Of a stretch of DNA of 64,000 bases, positions 58,712-64,000 are shown piece by piece. Where the stretch lies: contig CAVRJY010000001.1 in assembly GCA_963721805.1 (NCBI GenBank), positions 800,001-864,000 on the forward strand, in the 5' to 3' direction. The notes under the pieces are model-generated. The model worked only from the letters and a program-made list of their open reading frames with translations, ran no database searches and had not been told where the DNA came from. How positions within the stretch are numbered: position 1 is the first letter of the stretch; each line of letters opens with the position of its first letter. Made by a program: the position numbers and the translations under genes. The DNA is from Nitrospirota bacterium. Its GTDB lineage: Bacteria; Nitrospirota; Thermodesulfovibrionia; Thermodesulfovibrionales; JdFR-86.

Positions 58712-59156
58712 CGCCGAGCCCCTTTACGATGTCGTGGCGGCTTACGAGCCCGACGACCTTCCCGTCCCTCACGACCGGCAGCAGGATCAGGTTGCGCTCG
58801 GCCATTATGGTAGAGATCTCGTCAAGCGGGGTATCGTCGCGTATCGAGACGACCTGCCGCGTGCAGATGTCCGAGACCGTGGCGGCGGCCATCTTCCTGA
58901 GCTCGTTGTCGAGGGCCTTGGTGCCTTCGAGCGTTATGAAGGCGTCGAAGATGCGTATGACCGTAGGTATGTGCAGGCGCTTGCTGCGGCTGATGAGGTC
59001 GTACTCCGTCACCATCCCGATGAGCTTCCCGTCCGGGTCGAGCACCGGTGCGCCGGTGAGGTCCTTCTCTATGAACAGCCGGCCGAGGGCCTCGACCGTG
59101 GTCGATGGCGCTACGGCAGTGAACTCATTCTGCATGATGTCGGCGGCCTTGAGCAT
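58692..59156 (-). CDS. CBS-pair domain protein
   Basis: A.DIM, APVLD..GKLIGMVTE.DL, LPVV..GKVVG.VSR.DI. Confidence 0.85.
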   Translation of the reverse strand: MLKAADIMQNEFTAVAPSTTVEALGRLFIEKDLTGAPVLDPDGKLIGMVTEYDLISRSKRLHIPTVIRIFDAFITLEGTKALDNELRKMAAATVSDICTRQVVSIRDDTPLDEISTIMAERNLILLPVVRDGKVVGLVSRHDIVKGLGGEGARA

Positions 59157-59164
59157 ATGTCTCC

Positions 59165-59845
59165 TTATGGCATCCCTATGTATCCGCCCTGGCGCCGCTT
59201 GGCCGCCGGGCTGTCCGGCCCGCCGTGCTTGAGGGCGTAGCGGTAGGAGTAGTAGCGCTCGGGGAAGCAGTAGGTGCATTCCTCGATGATGCTGATGTTG
59301 CGCTCCGGCACGCCCAGCGAGAGGGCCTGCAGCTTGTTCGCGCTCTGGAGGTCGAGGCAGTATTTGCCAGCCTTCTTCGGCTTGAAGTACTCGCCTTCCT
59401 TGCCGGTCTCTTTCGAGACGGCGTCTATGACCTCGCGGCCGACCTCGTAGCAGCACCAGCGGATTGAGGGCCCCATGCTGATGAGCAGGTCCTCCGGGTC
59501 GGTGCCGAACGCGGCCTGCATCTCGGCGATGGTCTTTTTGAGTATGCCAGCGGCGGTGCCCCGCCATCCGGCATGTGCGGCGCCTATCGCGAGGCCGACC
59601 TTGTCGTACAGGAGTATCGGCACGCAGTCGGCAGTCTTAATGCCGAGCAGGACGTCGCGGCGCCGCGTGATGACAGCGTCGCCCACCGCGGGCTTGGTCT
59701 TCTCCTTAAGGTGGATGACCGTGTCCGTGTGCTTTTGGACCGGATAGTAGACGCGCCTGCCCGTGATGCCCTCCACCTCAAGGCCAATGTCCTTGCCGGT
59801 GAAGAACGCCATCGCGAAGCCGTCGAATATTTCGGGATATATCAT
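59165..59845 (-). CDS. pgeF: PgeF/YfiH (laccase-like) protein
   Basis: Q.H, DA.IT, TADCVP, AHAGWRG, GPSI..CCYEV, CT.C, YSYR. Confidence 0.88.
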   Translation of the reverse strand: MIYPEIFDGFAMAFFTGKDIGLEVEGITGRRVYYPVQKHTDTVIHLKEKTKPAVGDAVITRRRDVLLGIKTADCVPILLYDKVGLAIGAAHAGWRGTAAGILKKTIAEMQAAFGTDPEDLLISMGPSIRWCCYEVGREVIDAVSKETGKEGEYFKPKKAGKYCLDLQSANKLQALSLGVPERNISIIEECTYCFPERYYSYRYALKHGGPDSPAAKRRQGGYIGMP

Positions 59846-59850
59846 CGGCC

Positions 59851-61377
<1,527 letters not shown>

Positions 61378-61456
61378 GCGCCTCCCCTTGACATCCGAAT
61401 TATATCACGATACGCGGAACTTGCCACCTGCTGCGTCTCGGTATATCCTAATGGCA

Positions 61457-61870
61457 ATGGGATATGAATTCTTGGACCTATCGGGCGACGCCGGGGTGCG
61501 GGCCACGGGCGAGGATCTCAGAGAGGCGTTTCAGGAGGCCGCACTGGGGATGTACGCCCTGATCGCGCCGCCTGAGAGCGTGCGGCCCGAGCGCGAGGTC
61601 AGGGTCGCGGTCGAGGCCGATACCCCGGAGGGCCTGCTCGTAAGGTTCCTCAATGAGCTGGTATTCCTTTTCGACGCCCGCGGGTTCATCGGCAGCGGCG
61701 TCCGCATAGGCCGCATGGACGCCCAGAGCCTTTGCGCCACGATTGCGGGGCAGGATTTCGACGAGGGCGAGCACGGGGGCGGGCTGCTGATCAAGGCCGC
61801 GACGTACCACGGCCTGCGCATCTCGTGCGAACGCAAGGGGTGCGTCGTAGAGGTGATGTTCGACATATGA
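61457..61870 (+). CDS. Archease
   Basis: YEFLD..GD.G..A.G, L...LNEL, IKAATYH, C-terminal FDI; directly upstream of rtcB. Confidence 0.85.
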   Translation: MGYEFLDLSGDAGVRATGEDLREAFQEAALGMYALIAPPESVRPEREVRVAVEADTPEGLLVRFLNELVFLFDARGFIGSGVRIGRMDAQSLCATIAGQDFDEGEHGGGLLIKAATYHGLRISCERKGCVVEVMFDI

Positions 61871-61880
61871 TGGAGGCTCT

Positions 61881-63326
61881 ATGACGATCGAGGGCATCAG
61901 GCGCATAGACGATTACCGCATCGAGGTCCCGGCCACGTTTAAGCCGGGGATGCGAACGCGCGGGCTGATATTCCTTGACCGCGGCCTTGAGAGTTCGCTG
62001 GAACTCAAGTCAATTCAGCAGGTCGCGAACGTGGCCATGCTGCCGGGCATCGTCGGGGCCTCGCTCGCGATGCCGGACATCCATATGGGTTATGGTTTTG
62101 CCATCGGCGGCGTCGCGGCGTTCGACCTCAAGACCGGCGTTGTGTCACCCGGAGGCGTGGGGTATGACATCAACTGCGGGGTGCGGCTCCTGCGCACCAA
62201 CCTTATGAAACAAGACGTAGCCCCCCGCATCAAGGAGATCGTGACAGCGCTATATAACGACGTCCCGGCGGGCGTAGGCTCCAAGGGCAGGCTGCGGCTG
62301 AGCCCCGAGGACGAGCGCCGGATACTCATGCAAGGCGCGCGCTGGGCCGTGGATCAGGGCATGGGCGGCAAGAGCGACCTTGAGCATACCGAATCAGGCG
62401 GCTGCATCGAGGGCGCGGACCCGGATCTCATAAGCCCCAAGGCATACGAGCGCGGCCGCCAGCAGCAGGGCACGCTCGGCTCGGGCAACCACTTTTTGGA
62501 GATCCAGTTCATCGACGAGATATATGATGAGAAGGCCGCGGAAGCCATGGGGCTCCATGAGGGCCAGGTCACGGTGATGATACACACCGGCTCGCGCGGG
62601 CTCGGCCATCAGGTCTGCACCGACTTTCTGGAGGTCATGGCGCGCGCCGCGAACAGATACAACATCGACCTGCCGGACAGGGAACTCGCCTGTGCGCCGA
62701 TTATGAGCAAGGAGGCCAAGAACTACCTCGCGGCCATGGCCGCCGCGGCGAACTACGCATGGGCCAACCGCCAGTGCATCATGCACTGGTGCTCCGAGGC
62801 CCTGATGCGCGTGATCGGCTCGTCTCCATCCGCTCTGGGGATATCGCTCGTATACGACGTCGCGCACAACATCGCCAAGATAGAGGAGCACGAGTTTGAG
62901 GGCCGCAAGCGCAAACTCATGGTGCACAGGAAGGGCTCGACGCGCGCATTCCCGCCTGGCCACCCCGAGCTTCCGCCCGCTTATCAAAGCCTCGGGCAGC
63001 CGGTGCTCATACCCGGCGACATGGGCCGTGCGTCTTTTGTGCTATTGGGCACCGAGGCGGCGATGCGCGAGACATGGGGCTCTACGTGCCACGGTGCCGG
63101 GCGGCTGCTCTCGCGGCATGCTGCGATAAAGCACGCGAAGGGCCGCGCGATATGGCGCGAGTTAGAGGACAGGGGGATAACCGTTATGTCGCGCGGCCGC
63201 GAGACGCTCGCCGAGGAGATGTCCGAGGCGTACAAGGACGTCTCGGCGGTCGTCGAGGTCGTCCACCGCGCGGGGATATCGACTAAGGTCGCGAGGCTAA
63301 GACCCATGGGGGTGGTGAAGGGATGA
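61881..63326 (+). CDS. rtcB: RtcB RNA ligase (archaeal/archease-dependent-like)
   Basis: MPDIH.GYGF.IGGV, GYDINCG, GTLGSGNHF, HTGSRG, HNIAK, HRKG.T, PGDMG, HGAGR, YK. Confidence 0.95.
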   Translation: MTIEGIRRIDDYRIEVPATFKPGMRTRGLIFLDRGLESSLELKSIQQVANVAMLPGIVGASLAMPDIHMGYGFAIGGVAAFDLKTGVVSPGGVGYDINCGVRLLRTNLMKQDVAPRIKEIVTALYNDVPAGVGSKGRLRLSPEDERRILMQGARWAVDQGMGGKSDLEHTESGGCIEGADPDLISPKAYERGRQQQGTLGSGNHFLEIQFIDEIYDEKAAEAMGLHEGQVTVMIHTGSRGLGHQVCTDFLEVMARAANRYNIDLPDRELACAPIMSKEAKNYLAAMAAAANYAWANRQCIMHWCSEALMRVIGSSPSALGISLVYDVAHNIAKIEEHEFEGRKRKLMVHRKGSTRAFPPGHPELPPAYQSLGQPVLIPGDMGRASFVLLGTEAAMRETWGSTCHGAGRLLSRHAAIKHAKGRAIWRELEDRGITVMSRGRETLAEEMSEAYKDVSAVVEVVHRAGISTKVARLRPMGVVKG

Positions 63327-63862
63327 AGCTGATAGCAGAGAAGAAGGTCGGGGCGAAGACCCTGCGCGTGGTGCAGGGAGACCTCACCGAGCGCGACACG
63401 GACGCGATCGTCAACGCGGCCAACGAGTATTTGCAACACGGCGGCGGCGTGGCGGGAGCTATAGTCAGCAAGGGCGGACAGATCATCCAGGAAGAGAGCG
63501 ACCGCATAGGCTTTACGCCCGTCGGCACAGCGGTGATAACCGGGGCGGGCAGGCTGCATGCCCGCTACGTGATCCATACGGTAGGGCCGCGCATGGGCGA
63601 GGGCGACGAGAACTTCAAGCTCATTAGCGCGGTGCGCAGCGTGCTCGAACTCGCCTCGGGCCGGGGGCTTAAGAGCATCTCGATGCCAGCCGTGAGCGCC
63701 GGGATATTTGGGTTTCCGAAGGAGCGGTGCGCGGCGATACTGGTGGGTGAATCCGCGCGCTACCTCGCATCTCACCCTGACAGCAGCCTTGAGCTTGTGG
63801 AGTTCTGCCTGCACGACGGCATGATGGCCGCGCTCTTTGAGGCGGAGCTAAAGCAGCTCTAG
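63323..63862 (+). CDS. Macro domain (ADP-ribose binding/hydrolase) protein
   Basis: GDLT, AIVNAAN..L.HGGGVAGAI, VIHTVGP, PA.SAGIFG; overlaps rtcB stop (ATGA). Confidence 0.92.
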   Translation: MKLIAEKKVGAKTLRVVQGDLTERDTDAIVNAANEYLQHGGGVAGAIVSKGGQIIQEESDRIGFTPVGTAVITGAGRLHARYVIHTVGPRMGEGDENFKLISAVRSVLELASGRGLKSISMPAVSAGIFGFPKERCAAILVGESARYLASHPDSSLELVEFCLHDGMMAALFEAELKQL

Positions 63863-64000
63863 ATGCCTATCCCGATGTCCGGGAAGATGGCCGCGACGTC
63901 GCGGACGCGGTTGGTAAGCAGAAGGATGCCGAAGATTATCAGCAGGATGCCGCTTACGAGCTTTATGACGCGCATGAACCGTCCGATCACGCTCATGCGG
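63859..64000 (-). CDS. 3' end of a membrane protein, probably CcdA-type cytochrome c biogenesis protein (truncated by window)
   Basis: Reads ...RFMRVIKLVSGILLIIFGILLLTNRVRDVAAIFPDIGIGI*. Confidence 0.5.
   Translation of the reverse strand, partial: RMSVIGRFMRVIKLVSGILLIIFGILLLTNRVRDVAAIFPDIGIGI

Overview
GC-rich bacterial chromosomal segment from a dissimilatory sulfur-cycling anaerobe. Gene content and order suggest Nitrospirota/Thermodesulfovibrionia or a Desulfobacterota-like lineage, which is an inference. It carries the 3' end of a P1B ATPase, dsrC-dsrT-dsrMKJOP, a ferredoxin, a PrpE/Acs-type ligase, a SufR-like regulator, pgi, atpZ/atpI-like genes, an 11-heme cytochrome c and hemL. Housekeeping blocks follow: pheA-hisC-aroF-tyrA-aroA-cmk-ispH-rpsA-sppA-ihfB, lptCAB-rpoN-hpf-rapZ-rluD, tRNA-Ser and tRNA-Arg, a DUF748 protein, dapA-dapF-lysA, recJ-secFD, a CHASE2 cyclase, hemW, ftsEX-envC-ctpA, tsaE-CBS-pgeF-nnr and archease-rtcB-macrodomain. 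The most striking unexplained structure is a dispersed, modular ~250-bp non-coding repeat family. It has five copies of a ~125-nt long-hairpin core plus two detached end fragments, and shows compensatory base changes and a strand-biased fold. Three copies directly abut AT-rich cargo. Two of them are inverted around a ~2-kb cassette holding a DUF5677/HEPN-like gene, an MntA-HepT toxin-antitoxin pair and an iteron-like repeat cluster. About seven +1 frameshifts confined to the first 10 kb (dsrM, dsrK, prpE, regulator) look like sequencing errors. No CRISPR array, rRNA, integrase or transposase was seen.
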